This document shows positions 37,595 through 46,893 of a stretch of DNA of 64,000 nt, piece by piece. The stretch spans positions 3,956-67,955 of the forward strand of contig MHSA01000021.1 of NCBI GenBank assembly GCA_001821135.1, read 5' to 3'. The DNA is from Candidatus Taylorbacteria bacterium RIFCSPLOWO2_01_FULL_48_100. Its GTDB lineage: Bacteria; Patescibacteriota; Minisyncoccia; Phycocordibacterales; UBA10002. The notes under the pieces were generated by a model. That model had not been told where the DNA came from, did not search any database, and saw only the letters and a program-made list of their open reading frames with translations. Made by a program: the position numbers and the translations under genes. The stretch's first letter is position 1, and every line of letters starts with the position of its first letter.

Positions 37595-39487
37595 CTACTT
37601 CCTCCCCCACCTGTTTTCGGACTCTTGTATGAGACGACCGATAACTGCCGCCGCTTTTTCGGCGGTGCCATTTTTACCGGTGATGAAGACGCGCCCATCG
37701 TCTTCAATATCAATCGCGCTTACCCCAGTCCTTTCTTTTATTTCATTAATCGTCTTGCCCCCGCTTCCGATAATCATTCCAATCTGCTCTTTTTTCACCT
37801 GTATAATCAAAATCTTCGGCGCAACGGGCGAAATATCTGCACGCGGCGCGGCGATTTCTTTTTCCATTACATCTAGAATCTTTTCCCGCGCCGCGCGCGC
37901 TTTTTCAAACGCTTCTGCAAGTATTGCAATCGGCACACCTTCTACTTTCACATCCATCTGCACCGCAGTTACGCCCGCGCGCGTGCCCGCAACTTTAAAA
38001 TCCATATCGCCGTGATGGTCTTCGGGGCCTTGAATGTCAGTGAGTATTTTATAATTTTTGTGGTCGCGCATCATCAACCCTGATGCAATTCCAGCAACGG
38101 GCGCAGAAATCGGCACTCCGCCGTCCAAGAGCGCGAGCGTTGCGCCGCACACGCTTCCCATTGAAGTAGAGCCGTTTGATGAAAACGCTTCAGATACGAG
38201 CCGTATCGTGTACGGAAACTTTTCTTGCGGAGGAATAACAGGCAAAAGCGCTTTTTCCGCCAAGGTCCCGTGGCCTATCATCCGGCGATTTTTACCTCCG
38301 AGCTTTCCCGTTTCTCCGTTAGAAAAAGGCGGAAAATTGTAATGATGTATGAAATGTTTTTTCTCTCCGTGATTTTCTATTCCATCAACCGTTTGCGAGT
38401 CCTTTGGTCCGCCCAGCGTCAAGACCGATAAAATATGCGTCCCGCCCCGGTAAAATGTCCCGGAGCCGTGCAGAATTTTAGAAAACCCGCCCGCTTGCGC
38501 GAAGAGAGGCCGCAGTTCGTCCATCCCCCTACCATCCGCGCGTTTTTCGTTTTCTATTGCTTCTGTGTGGAGAAGGTTGTTCACAGCATCCTCAAAATGC
38601 GCGCCCGCAAACGCGCCCGCATTTTTAATTTCCGCACATTTAGTTTTTACAAGATCAAGCCACTCGTTTTTTAAGTTGTTGATTGTTTCGTGTCCAGATT
38701 TTCCTGAAAACACCACTCCGTACATTTTCGGCGCGGTTTCTTTATTGAAAAGTTCTGCAATTTCTTTCGGCGATTCCGGAAACACAATCTTTTGTTTTTC
38801 TTTTCCAATTTCTTTTATTATTTTCTCCTGCCACGCCTGCAACTTCTTCATTTCTTTATTCGCTTCCTCAAGCGCGGCAATAATTGTTTTTTCAACAACT
38901 TCTCTGCCGCCGACCTCAATCATATTAATGCAATCATCTTTGCCGCACACAACAAGGTCAAGAAAGGCATGTTTCCTCGCGGAATAGATAGGATTTACCT
39001 CATAGGTCTTATCCTCACTTATTCCGATGCGCACTGCGGACACCGGTCCGTTCCACGGTATAGAAGAGGCGCTGAGCGCGAGCGAGGCGCCGATAACTCC
39101 CAAAATGTCAGGGTCGTTCTCTCCTAGCGCGAGAATTGTCGCTACTACTTGTATTTCGTTCCGAATGCGCTGGTCAAAGAGCGGGCGAATCGTACGGTCA
39201 ATAAGCCGTCCAGAAATAACCGCTTCATCAGCCGGCTTCCCTTCCCGTCGTACAAAACTGCTTCCGAGAATCTCCCCAACCGCATAAAACCGCTCCTCGT
39301 AATCAACGGTGAGCGGTAGATAATCCGTCCCTTTTTCTTCTTTTGAGATGACCGCAGTTACGAGCACTGCGGTGTCGCCACAGCGAATGAGTACCGACCC
39401 ACTCGCATTTTCCGCAAGGTCGCTAAACTCCGCGATAAGCATTTTCCCACCGACTTCAATAGAGTACTCCTTCTTCTGCATGCTCAC
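37595..39487 (-). CDS. pnp: Polyribonucleotide nucleotidyltransferase (no S1 domain)
   Basis: RLIDRTIRPLF, HHYNFPPFS, SNGSTSM, TDIQGPEDHHGDMDFKVAG, KH IIGSGGKTI. Confidence 0.95.
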   Translation of the reverse strand: MSMQKKEYSIEVGGKMLIAEFSDLAENASGSVLIRCGDTAVLVTAVISKEEKGTDYLPLTVDYEERFYAVGEILGSSFVRREGKPADEAVISGRLIDRTIRPLFDQRIRNEIQVVATILALGENDPDILGVIGASLALSASSIPWNGPVSAVRIGISEDKTYEVNPIYSARKHAFLDLVVCGKDDCINMIEVGGREVVEKTIIAALEEANKEMKKLQAWQEKIIKEIGKEKQKIVFPESPKEIAELFNKETAPKMYGVVFSGKSGHETINNLKNEWLDLVKTKCAEIKNAGAFAGAHFEDAVNNLLHTEAIENEKRADGRGMDELRPLFAQAGGFSKILHGSGTFYRGGTHILSVLTLGGPKDSQTVDGIENHGEKKHFIHHYNFPPFSNGETGKLGGKNRRMIGHGTLAEKALLPVIPPQEKFPYTIRLVSEAFSSNGSTSMGSVCGATLALLDGGVPISAPVAGIASGLMMRDHKNYKILTDIQGPEDHHGDMDFKVAGTRAGVTAVQMDVKVEGVPIAILAEAFEKARAAREKILDVMEKEIAAPRADISPVAPKILIIQVKKEQIGMIIGSGGKTINEIKERTGVSAIDIEDDGRVFITGKNGTAEKAAAVIGRLIQESENRWGRK

Positions 39488-39501
39488 AGTGTAGCACCGT
39501 T

Positions 39502-40020
39502 TTATCTTTTCCCATACCCCATCAAGTATTTGCGCGGAGTGTCATCAAGGTCGGTAAACTCGTCCGCCGCCTCAATAAGTTTCGCAGAGGTTGATTTTCC
39601 AAACGCAACAATTTCCACCTGGCACCCCTCGTTTATTTTTAAGTATTCTACAAGCGGAATGAAGTCGCCGTCGCCGGAGAGAATAATCACGGCATCCACC
39701 TTCGGCGCAAGTTTCACTGCATCTATCGCAAGCCCGACATCCCAGTCCGCTTTTTTCGCGCCGCTTCCGAATATCTGCAAGGGCTTCGTCTTTGCCTCAA
39801 TGCCGACTTTTGCAAGTGCCTCAAAAAAACTTTTTTCTTCCCCGCTTTCGGTCGTAATCACATACGCAACCGCGCGTATAAGCGAGCGCCCCGCGAGCGC
39901 GTCCTTCACTACCTGCCCGAAGTTCACATTCGCGCGGTAGAGATTTTTCGCGCAATGGTATAAGTTTTGGGTATCAATAAATACCGCCACGCGCTGATTT
40001 TTGTGTTTTATAATACTCAC
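39502..40020 (-). CDS. NYN-domain (LabA/DUF88) protein
   Basis: FIDTQNL, KADWDVGLAID, SGDGDF. Confidence 0.92.
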   Translation of the reverse strand: MSIIKHKNQRVAVFIDTQNLYHCAKNLYRANVNFGQVVKDALAGRSLIRAVAYVITTESGEEKSFFEALAKVGIEAKTKPLQIFGSGAKKADWDVGLAIDAVKLAPKVDAVIILSGDGDFIPLVEYLKINEGCQVEIVAFGKSTSAKLIEAADEFTDLDDTPRKYLMGYGKR

Positions 40021-40283
40021 TTTTTAAGTTCCAATTTGCGAACAATTCCATTATACCTCTTCGGATGCCTTTTTTGTAAATAGCGCAAGTGCGCTTGCCT
40101 GTCGGCAACCATACCAAGTAGTCCCCTGCGCGAGTGAGTATCTTTCTTATGTGTCTTGAGATGTCTCGTCAACTCTTCAATTCGGCGCGACAAAATTCCG
40201 ACCTGCACTTCCGCAGACCCTGTATCCTTCTCATGCATTCCGACTTCCTTGATAATACTTTGCTTTTTTCGCCTGGTTATCAT
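40017..40283 (-). CDS. rpsO: 30S ribosomal protein S15
   Basis: DTGSAEVQV, HKKDTHSRRGLL. Confidence 0.97.
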   Translation of the reverse strand: MITRRKKQSIIKEVGMHEKDTGSAEVQVGILSRRIEELTRHLKTHKKDTHSRRGLLGMVADRQAHLRYLQKRHPKRYNGIVRKLELKK

Positions 40284-40392
40284 AGTAAATAGGAGTATAG
40301 CATAAGAATCTTTATTTTGCAACTGCCTGTGAATGTGGATATTAAAATTTCGTAAAGACCTCTTCCCTACAGCGCGATTCTGTGTTCTATTC

Positions 40393-40588
40393 TAAAGGAC
40401 ATTTCATAAAGGACATTTGCGAATGTCCTTTATGAATAATCAAATGTCCATTAGAAATGTCCTTTACGAATGTCCTTTATAACCACTTGAATGTCCTTTA
40501 GAAGTGTTTCCTTGTGCATTTTTAGGTGGTTTATCCACAGTTCGTGTCCTTTACACAAATGTCCTTTATAAATTAGAATGTCCTTTAG
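40393..40588. repeat. Array of ~10 AATGTCCTTTA-type motifs with an embedded perfect DnaA box
   Basis: AAAGGACATTT at 40395 and 40408; (A)ATGTCCTTTA-like at ~40422, 40442, 40455, 40469, 40490, 40544, 40557, 40577; TTATCCACA at 40531. Confidence 0.85.
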
Positions 40589-40668
40589 ACACTTTTTAGT
40601 TCTTTGAAACCTTTTTCCAACACCAGCGCAGAACTTTTTGTTTTTATTGGTCTATCCTTCCGCGCTGA

Positions 40669-40684
40669 TGTTACACGGGAAACA
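40669..40684. promoter_or_regulatory. parS-like site
   Basis: TGTTACACGGGAAACA vs consensus TGTTTCACGTGAAACA (2 mismatches). Confidence 0.7.
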
Positions 40685-40879
40685 TTTCCGGCTTTGCTAC
40701 CCAGAAAATATATTCTCACTAAAACTTCTTGGAATAGTATTTTTCTAGGCACTTCTGATTTTTGTTTCCCCATCTCCTTTACCCACCACATTTGTGTGGC
40801 GTATGGGTTCACCGCCTAGTCGCGGAGTGGTCGAAACACCCACTCAAAATGACTGGGCGGTTTTTATTGCCCCCACACT

Positions 40880-40895
40880 TGTTTCACATGTAACA
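40880..40895. promoter_or_regulatory. parS-like site
   Basis: TGTTTCACATGTAACA (2 mismatches). Confidence 0.7.
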
Positions 40896-40900
40896 TGTGG

Positions 40901-42511
40901 CTATTTAACCCAGTATTTTCCACGGATTTCCTTGATTACCGTTTCTTCTATCTCAACTTTCCTTTCTTTGCCTTTTTTACCGAGGTTTTCAATTTCCTTA
41001 TCAGGGAGCGCTGCGAGTTCGGTAACCCTTTTTTCCAAGTATTCTTTCTTGTTTCTTAACGGATCTTCAAGCACCTCCTCAAGTAACGCATGTAAAATGA
41101 AACCAATTTTTGGGCTTGGTTGTAGTTTTGTAATTTCTATAATCTCTCCTCCTTTTATTTTCAACATTCCTACCGATATTGGGTCGTGCATCACCTCCTC
41201 TATGAGCGAATGGTATTTGCGAAGGCGATAAGGGCTTTCTTTTGGCCTGCCGGTTCCTATACGGTCGCATGTGCGCACATTCATTAAGTCCCAGATATTT
41301 TCCTTACCTACATTCATAAGAAGCCTCCGAACTGCTGATTGTGTTATAACCTCAGTATCGGAAAAAAACATATGCCAGCGCACTAATTTAGCAACTTTAT
41401 CAGTTAGTTTCACGGGAAACTTTAGCCGCTCAAGTATTTTTACCGCCGTTCTAGTTCCCACAACATCGTGTCCGTAAAAGGTCCAATCGTTCTTTTCTTC
41501 CGACCACCTGCGTGTCTCTGGCTTTGAGATGTCGTGTAACAATGCGGCAAGCCGCACTTCTATTGGAAATTCTTTTTTAGCGGAGTGTGCAACCGTTCTT
41601 AATAGGTGCTCTCCGACACCAAAAGAGTGCGCTTTGTTTTGTTTCACATGAAACGATTGCTCTAATTCAGGTATAAAATGCTGTAAAAGCCCTAGTTTGC
41701 TACACATAGTAATACCCTCCATCGGCCGCTCTGACATTACAATCTTTGTGAATTCATCGCGAATCCTTTCCGGTGCTATCTTCTTAAGGAGTTCGTTATT
41801 TTTGAATATTGCTTCAGATGTTTCATTTTCAATCATAAAACCAAGTTCTGATGCTATGCGTACGGCTCGTAAGAGGCGTAGTCCGTCTTCTGAGAAGCGT
41901 TCTATGGGGTTACCAACGGTTTTTACCACGCCTTTTTTGATATCTGACTGTCCTTTATATGGGTCAGTGATGTGTCCTTTATAAGTTTTATAATGTCCTT
42001 TAGAATTATAAAGGACATTTGTTTTGTTATAAACGACATTTGTATTTTCCAAATGTCCTTTATCATGTCCGTTAGAAATGTCCGTTAGAATGTCCTTTAT
42101 AACCTTGACTGTCGGTTCAATTTCTAGCGCAATAGCGTTTATGGTGAAGTCGCGGCGCTTAAGGTCGTCCTCAAGATTTTTACTGAAAGACACCGAGTCG
42201 GGTCGTCTGCTATCTGAATATACCCCTTCAAGCCGATATGGAGTTACTTCAACCACTTTAAGCGTAGGATCTTCTGAATTTGTAACAACACCAACCGTAC
42301 CGTACTCGTTTTCGTAAAAGCTTTCCTTGAAGATTCTTTGTATTTTTTCCGGCGTTGCGTTGGTGGTAATGTCCCAGTCGGACGGTTTCCTGCCTATAAG
42401 TAAATCTCGGACGCACCCACCAACCAAATGCGCTTCAAACCCCGCTTTCTCAAGGGTTTCTGAAACATCTGCAACTTGATTCGGAATCTCAAAAGTATTG
42501 TTTTTAATCAT
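40901..42511 (-). CDS. cca: CCA tRNA nucleotidyltransferase (HD domain) with repeat-derived insertion
   Basis: LVGGCVRDLL, DWDITT, DLKRRDFTINA, EDGLRLLRA, LLHDISKP. Confidence 0.92.
   Translation of the reverse strand: MIKNNTFEIPNQVADVSETLEKAGFEAHLVGGCVRDLLIGRKPSDWDITTNATPEKIQRIFKESFYENEYGTVGVVTNSEDPTLKVVEVTPYRLEGVYSDSRRPDSVSFSKNLEDDLKRRDFTINAIALEIEPTVKVIKDILTDISNGHDKGHLENTNVVYNKTNVLYNSKGHYKTYKGHITDPYKGQSDIKKGVVKTVGNPIERFSEDGLRLLRAVRIASELGFMIENETSEAIFKNNELLKKIAPERIRDEFTKIVMSERPMEGITMCSKLGLLQHFIPELEQSFHVKQNKAHSFGVGEHLLRTVAHSAKKEFPIEVRLAALLHDISKPETRRWSEEKNDWTFYGHDVVGTRTAVKILERLKFPVKLTDKVAKLVRWHMFFSDTEVITQSAVRRLLMNVGKENIWDLMNVRTCDRIGTGRPKESPYRLRKYHSLIEEVMHDPISVGMLKIKGGEIIEITKLQPSPKIGFILHALLEEVLEDPLRNKKEYLEKRVTELAALPDKEIENLGKKGKERKVEIEETVIKEIRGKYWVK
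41640..41655. promoter_or_regulatory. parS-like site inside cca
   Basis: TGTTTCACATGAAACG (2 mismatches). Confidence 0.7.
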
Positions 42512-42525
42512 GTAAGAAATTAAAA

Positions 42526-42596
42526 TGCGGGTACGGAGAATCGAACTCCGATCTCGTCCTTGGCAAGGACGCGTTCTGCCACTAAACCATACCCGC
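42526..42596 (-). tRNA. tRNA-Gly(GCC)
   Basis: Cloverleaf; anticodon arm CGTCC-TTGCCAA-GGACG; GTTCGATTC. Confidence 0.95.
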
Positions 42597-42650
42597 GTTC
42601 ACGAAATAATAGCAGAAATATATACGGTGCGCTATGATTGAGTGTGCTGT

Positions 42651-42722
42651 GCGCCCGTGGTGAAATGGATATCACAACGGTCTTCGGAACCGTTGTTCCG
42701 GGTTCGAATCCTGGCGGGCGCG
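42651..42722 (+). tRNA. tRNA-Arg(TCG)
   Basis: Anticodon arm ACGGT-CTTCGGA-ACCGT; GGTTCGAATCC. Confidence 0.95.
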
Positions 42723-42864
42723 TCCTATAGAATAGATGAAAATGTGGATAAGTCGGTGGATATGTGTATAACGGACATTTGGTTTTATGTCAGTGTCCGA
42801 GAGGAAATGTTGAGAAATACGGATATTTTGTAAAAGACACTTCTTTTCTTAATAAAGGACATTT

Positions 42865-43281
42865 ATGCCGAGAGGAAAAACAGGACATTTGCGAGTGGGA
42901 AAGGTGGGGGAGGAGGTTGCGGCGAAATATCTGACGCAAAACGGCTTTGAGATAAAAGAGCGAAATTATTCTAAAAAATGGGGGGAATTGGATATTGTCG
43001 CGCTTAAGGACAAAAAACTGCATTTTGTGGAAGTGAAAACGGTTTCATGGGACAGTAGTGGGGAAGAGGCGGGTAGGCGAGTTAGTGAATATCGTCCGGA
43101 AGACAATATGCATCCGCAAAAGCTTAAACGGCTAGCGCGCGTTACGGAGTCGTATTTAGCAAGCAAACAGCGCGCGCAGGGTATGCCGTGGCAATTTGAT
43201 GTCGCCGCCGTGTTTTTAGATATTGAGGAAAGGCGGGCGAAAGTGAAAATGCTGTGGGACCTCATTCTGCCCGCCCGATAA
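42865..43281 (+). CDS. YraN-family (UPF0102) putative nuclease
   Basis: GEEVAAKYL, ERNY, GELDIVA, FVEVKT, FDV. Confidence 0.9.
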   Translation: MPRGKTGHLRVGKVGEEVAAKYLTQNGFEIKERNYSKKWGELDIVALKDKKLHFVEVKTVSWDSSGEEAGRRVSEYRPEDNMHPQKLKRLARVTESYLASKQRAQGMPWQFDVAAVFLDIEERRAKVKMLWDLILPAR

Positions 43282-43302
43282 ATCGTGCTATGATGCGCGA
43301 AA

Positions 43303-43373
43303 CGGGGCGTAGTATAGTGGCAGTATATACGCTTTGGGAGCGTACGGTCCGGGTTCGATTCCCGGCGCCCCGA
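43303..43373 (+). tRNA. tRNA-Pro(TGG)
   Basis: Anticodon arm TACGC-TTTGGGA-GCGTA; GGTTCGATTCC. Confidence 0.93.
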
Positions 43374-43417
43374 ATTAAAAAAGACACGCGCTGTGGAGCG
43401 TGTGTCGTGTTAGTTCT

Positions 43418-44014
43418 CTAGAATTGCAGGAGCAGTTGTCGCCGTGGACGCCACTTGAAGAATATCTCGCGTCCATGTCCTTCTAGTTCCCGATAGCCGT
43501 ATTTGTGAAAAAGTTGTCTTTCAATAGTGCATTCAAAGAGGTATCGGTTGTATTGCGCTTTGATGCCCGGCCACTTCTCGGATGGTACAGGGTCGCGGCG
43601 CTCTACACCTAAGCATTCCGACAAATGGTAGAGTGTTGGGTCGCAGAAGTTGAGTTCTTCCGCAAGGCAACGCATAGCACCCTCGCGCGGTGCCTCATCA
43701 CGCTTTAAGGTCTCCGCAATTCCGTTGAAGTTCCTGCGACGCAATACTGTACCGTTAGAAGATGTCTGTCTGTCCTCATACAATTCAAGCCACTCTCTCT
43801 TGAATTTATGGATAACAATTACGATTGCGGCGTGTACTTCAACAACAAGGTCGTTGTTTTCGCCGTCGCGTAGGAAGAACTTATCCTCAGTTGCATAGCG
43901 CACGAAATCCTCAAGTGACCGATGTTTTCCCGTGCCCCATTTCTGGAGCGGGACGCTGTGTCGTTTTAAAATCTCCAGTATTTCTCGGTTTTCAAGAATT
44001 ATTGGGGTTTTCAT
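43418..44014 (-). CDS. Nudix-like hypothetical protein
   Basis: Degenerate Nudix box EAPREGAMRCLAEELN. Confidence 0.55.
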   Translation of the reverse strand: MKTPIILENREILEILKRHSVPLQKWGTGKHRSLEDFVRYATEDKFFLRDGENNDLVVEVHAAIVIVIHKFKREWLELYEDRQTSSNGTVLRRRNFNGIAETLKRDEAPREGAMRCLAEELNFCDPTLYHLSECLGVERRDPVPSEKWPGIKAQYNRYLFECTIERQLFHKYGYRELEGHGREIFFKWRPRRQLLLQF

Positions 44015-44123
44015 TTTCCCCTCCTTTCTGTTTTGTCTATCCTATTTATAACTCATTTCTCAATTTTTCGCAAAAATGCTCTGCCTTTTAAAAGTAGTTT
44101 ATAACTACGATCGTATCTATAAA

Positions 44124-44900
44124 CTACTTGTGCAGTTCCGCATCCAGCCGCTTCGCCTCCGCCCACGCAAGTTCATAAATCTTTTTCATCGCATCGGCAA
44201 TCTCCGCGCTTTCAATAATCACACCGAGTTTTTCTTTCCAAGAGGCAATCATCACCTTGTTGTCGTAGATGTTAATTTCAGGAGAAAAATAATATTTATC
44301 GGGCGACACAAACGCAATCTCGCGTTTTTCTTCCACATCATGCGCTCCGCGCTCAATGCCGATGGGCGTTTTCGGAACAATCGCGCGAATCGCGATTCCT
44401 TTTCCAGCCCGCCGTTTATAGTAAGCAGGGAAGTAGTTAGGGAGTCCCTTGTGCATATCGTCTACATTCGCGTATGCGCGTATCGGTTCAGTGGACGAGA
44501 GCGTGTCTTCATAGACATTCTTCAACCCATCCGCGCCTTCATAAAACTTGATGCGCGGGCGGTTTTGCGTCGTCGCTATCGCACGAAGTTCAGGGAGAAG
44601 CGTTTCTGCTTTGCTTATCCGCTCCTCTGCTGTTCCAACTTCTTTTTTCAAATACACAACCACCGCTTCCGGCGGCTCCGCCGCATATTCTGATTTCGGC
44701 TCTTTGCCTGAGATATTGACCAACCCCTTGTTCACCAAAGAATCCAAAATATCGTAGCCAGTTGTGCGGTTGAGTCCTGCCTTGCGCGCAATCTGCGCGA
44801 CCGTCCCGCGACCCATTTCAAGGAGCGCGATATATACACCCGCTTCTTTTTCTCCAAGACCAAGTCCTTGCAAAGTGAGCGATAGTTGTTCGTTCTTCAT
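44124..44900 (-). CDS. TrmB-family transcriptional regulator
   Basis: LGLGEKEAGVYIALL, IARKAGLNRTTGY, KFYEG, EINIYDNKV. Confidence 0.9.
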   Translation of the reverse strand: MKNEQLSLTLQGLGLGEKEAGVYIALLEMGRGTVAQIARKAGLNRTTGYDILDSLVNKGLVNISGKEPKSEYAAEPPEAVVVYLKKEVGTAEERISKAETLLPELRAIATTQNRPRIKFYEGADGLKNVYEDTLSSTEPIRAYANVDDMHKGLPNYFPAYYKRRAGKGIAIRAIVPKTPIGIERGAHDVEEKREIAFVSPDKYYFSPEINIYDNKVMIASWKEKLGVIIESAEIADAMKKIYELAWAEAKRLDAELHK

Positions 44901-45015
44901 AACGCCATCATACACCCCCACTATTCTGTGTCAATTTCTTTCCACAGAAATATGTTGATAGCACAGAATATATCGGTATATATGCATTTCTCTCTTATTC
45001 CAATGACGAAAAGCA

Positions 45016-45076
45016 TTGACAATATCTATCCACTATGCTATACTTAACGCAGGAAAGATACGGTAAGTTCTTTGAG
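45016..45076 (+). promoter_or_regulatory. Sigma70 promoter with extended -10 followed by boxA-like GTTCTTTGA
   Basis: TTGACA-17 nt-TATACT with TG; GTTCTTTGA at ~45067. Confidence 0.6.
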
Positions 45077-45242
45077 ATGCTTGCGAGAAGTCATAAGCAA
45101 AACATCTTCAACGGATGAATAGTGTGCAGGTGAAAGCCCGCTTACTACTCATCTGTTGAGTGAGGCATGTGCCATTCTGAATCGGCTTGAAAACCCGAAC
45201 AGGATTGAGAAGCGCAGATCCGCATTTCTCTTCACAAAATGG

Positions 45243-45551
45243 ATGACACAACTTATGACTACTACTACCCAAAATACTTTTTCCACTCCAATAATAATCC
45301 GCATTCACTGCCACGCCTCGGTTGTTTCTTACGACCACAGCTGGAACCGTGACTGCGGAATGGACGAACGGCGTGAGCGATGGGAGACGGGCTTTGTGCA
45401 AAACGGTCGGATGGTGAATATCGTGGAATTTGACACTGACGACCCAGACTGGAACAAAGGAGCGGCTGAAACGGTCGCTATGCGCAGGGCACTCGCTCTG
45501 GAACAATCGGGAAAACTTGTTGATCTGGAGTTCACCCGAAGCAAGTGGTAG
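45243..45551 (+). CDS. Hypothetical protein
   Basis: Open frame downstream of a strong promoter; no recognisable motif. Confidence 0.45.
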   Translation: MTQLMTTTTQNTFSTPIIIRIHCHASVVSYDHSWNRDCGMDERRERWETGFVQNGRMVNIVEFDTDDPDWNKGAAETVAMRRALALEQSGKLVDLEFTRSKW

Positions 45552-45707
45552 ATATGCAAGTTTCGGAGAGTTTACACTACAAAACTCTCCTCTGTACCGA
45601 GATGTGTGTCTCGGCTGATGATTCCGAAAGGATGAAACAGGTGTTCTTTGAAAACCTGCTTGCGAACCAAACAATCACAACAAACCGAAACGAAAGGAAA
45701 AGAAAGA

Positions 45708-46424
45708 ATGAACTCACAAATGGCTAAAATATATTCTGCACTACGGTATATGCTCACGCCGCAAGAGGGTGGGAATGTGCTAACCAGTTCCGCTGAAGAT
45801 CTTATTAAAGATCTCAAACCGGGACCGGAAATCATATCTTACCAAGGCAATCTACAGGCTGCCTCCACTGCTGTTCTGGAAACTGAATGTGTATCGCAGG
45901 AACTCATCGATCTGGTACTTGAAAAGTATTTTGATGCGATAGGTGGATACACTTCCGAATCACCCGTCATTTGCGGTACGAAATATTCCGAGGCGGATAG
46001 GCATCGTATGTTGGTGTATGGAATGTCTCGTCACGGAGTTGTAGAGCGGTTGTGGCTGTGCCGTCAGTTTGAATGGATCAAGAAATTCAGCAAATGGGTC
46101 TATGACGAAGATGAAAGACACGGGCGTCATACCGATGGGAGTGCAAATCTTGCGTACCTTTTTGCGAAATACGCAGACTGGGATCAAAGACCACAGGACT
46201 TCCATGTAACGAGGTTTGTCAAATCAAATCTCAACAAGAAGAACTGCCACTGCGAGTACCACTGGCCGGAAATTAAGAGGATCGAACATGGCGTGTTTAA
46301 ATCCAAGACATGCTTCAAGCAGTGGGCAAATGAGAATGGTCTTAATATCACCCCTGTTAATCCTCACAACCCCGCGGCCTGTCTCTGGGACTTGCCAAAA
46401 AATCTGGTACCAAAACGGCAGTAG
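45708..46424 (+). CDS. Hypothetical protein
   Basis: AAAGGA RBS, 238-codon ORF, hairpin after stop (46463-46490). Confidence 0.65.
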   Translation: MNSQMAKIYSALRYMLTPQEGGNVLTSSAEDLIKDLKPGPEIISYQGNLQAASTAVLETECVSQELIDLVLEKYFDAIGGYTSESPVICGTKYSEADRHRMLVYGMSRHGVVERLWLCRQFEWIKKFSKWVYDEDERHGRHTDGSANLAYLFAKYADWDQRPQDFHVTRFVKSNLNKKNCHCEYHWPEIKRIEHGVFKSKTCFKQWANENGLNITPVNPHNPAACLWDLPKNLVPKRQ

Positions 46425-46509
46425 GTCTGCCAAAGGAAAAGGAGTTTATTGTAAAAACTCCCAACCCCGCACAGAAATGCGCGGGGTTTTGTTATGGTAC
46501 AATTTTCGC

Positions 46510-46893
46510 ATGCAGAAAGATTTTGACGGGTGGAATGGTGAGAAAAAACGGGCGCATGAAGAATCTCCACGTTTATATACCGTGCGTGAAATCTGGTGGT
46601 GTCGCTTTGGCGTGAACATCGGAACGGAACAAGATGGAAGCGGAAAACTCTTTTTACGCCCAGCAATTATTGTTCGTGGTTTTGGTTCGGAAACATGCGT
46701 GGTTGTGCCGCTTACCACATCAACCAAAAAACACACTCTCCGTATTCCAATAGGAAGGGTTCAAGGAAAAGAAGCGACTGCACTTTTGTCGCAAATCCGC
46801 GTTATTGATACGCGGCGTTTGATTGAAAAAATCGGGTTTCTTGAGAGAGGTGTTTTTACAAACATAAGAAAAGCCGTCAGAAAGCTGTTCTAA
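46510..46893 (+). CDS. PemK/MazF-family endoribonuclease toxin
   Basis: MQKDFDGWN, GVNIGTEQDG, RPAII, VPLTT, LSQIRVIDTRRL. Confidence 0.9.
   Translation: MQKDFDGWNGEKKRAHEESPRLYTVREIWWCRFGVNIGTEQDGSGKLFLRPAIIVRGFGSETCVVVPLTTSTKKHTLRIPIGRVQGKEATALLSQIRVIDTRRLIEKIGFLERGVFTNIRKAVRKLF

Noticed and set aside
40393-40588. AATGTCCTTTA array as CRISPR
   Set aside because: 11-nt motif with irregular spacing in both orientations.
40585-40812. 75-aa minus-strand ORF
   Set aside because: GTG start inside a hairpin, spans a parS site and has no recognisable motif; not supported as a gene, though not excluded.
43040-43055. Fourth parS in yraN (GGTTTCATGGGACAG)
   Set aside because: Too many mismatches to call.
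46216-46509. N-terminal extension of PemK as a fused antitoxin
   Set aside because: It overlaps the upstream gene and a terminator-like hairpin; family-like sequence starts at ATG 46510.
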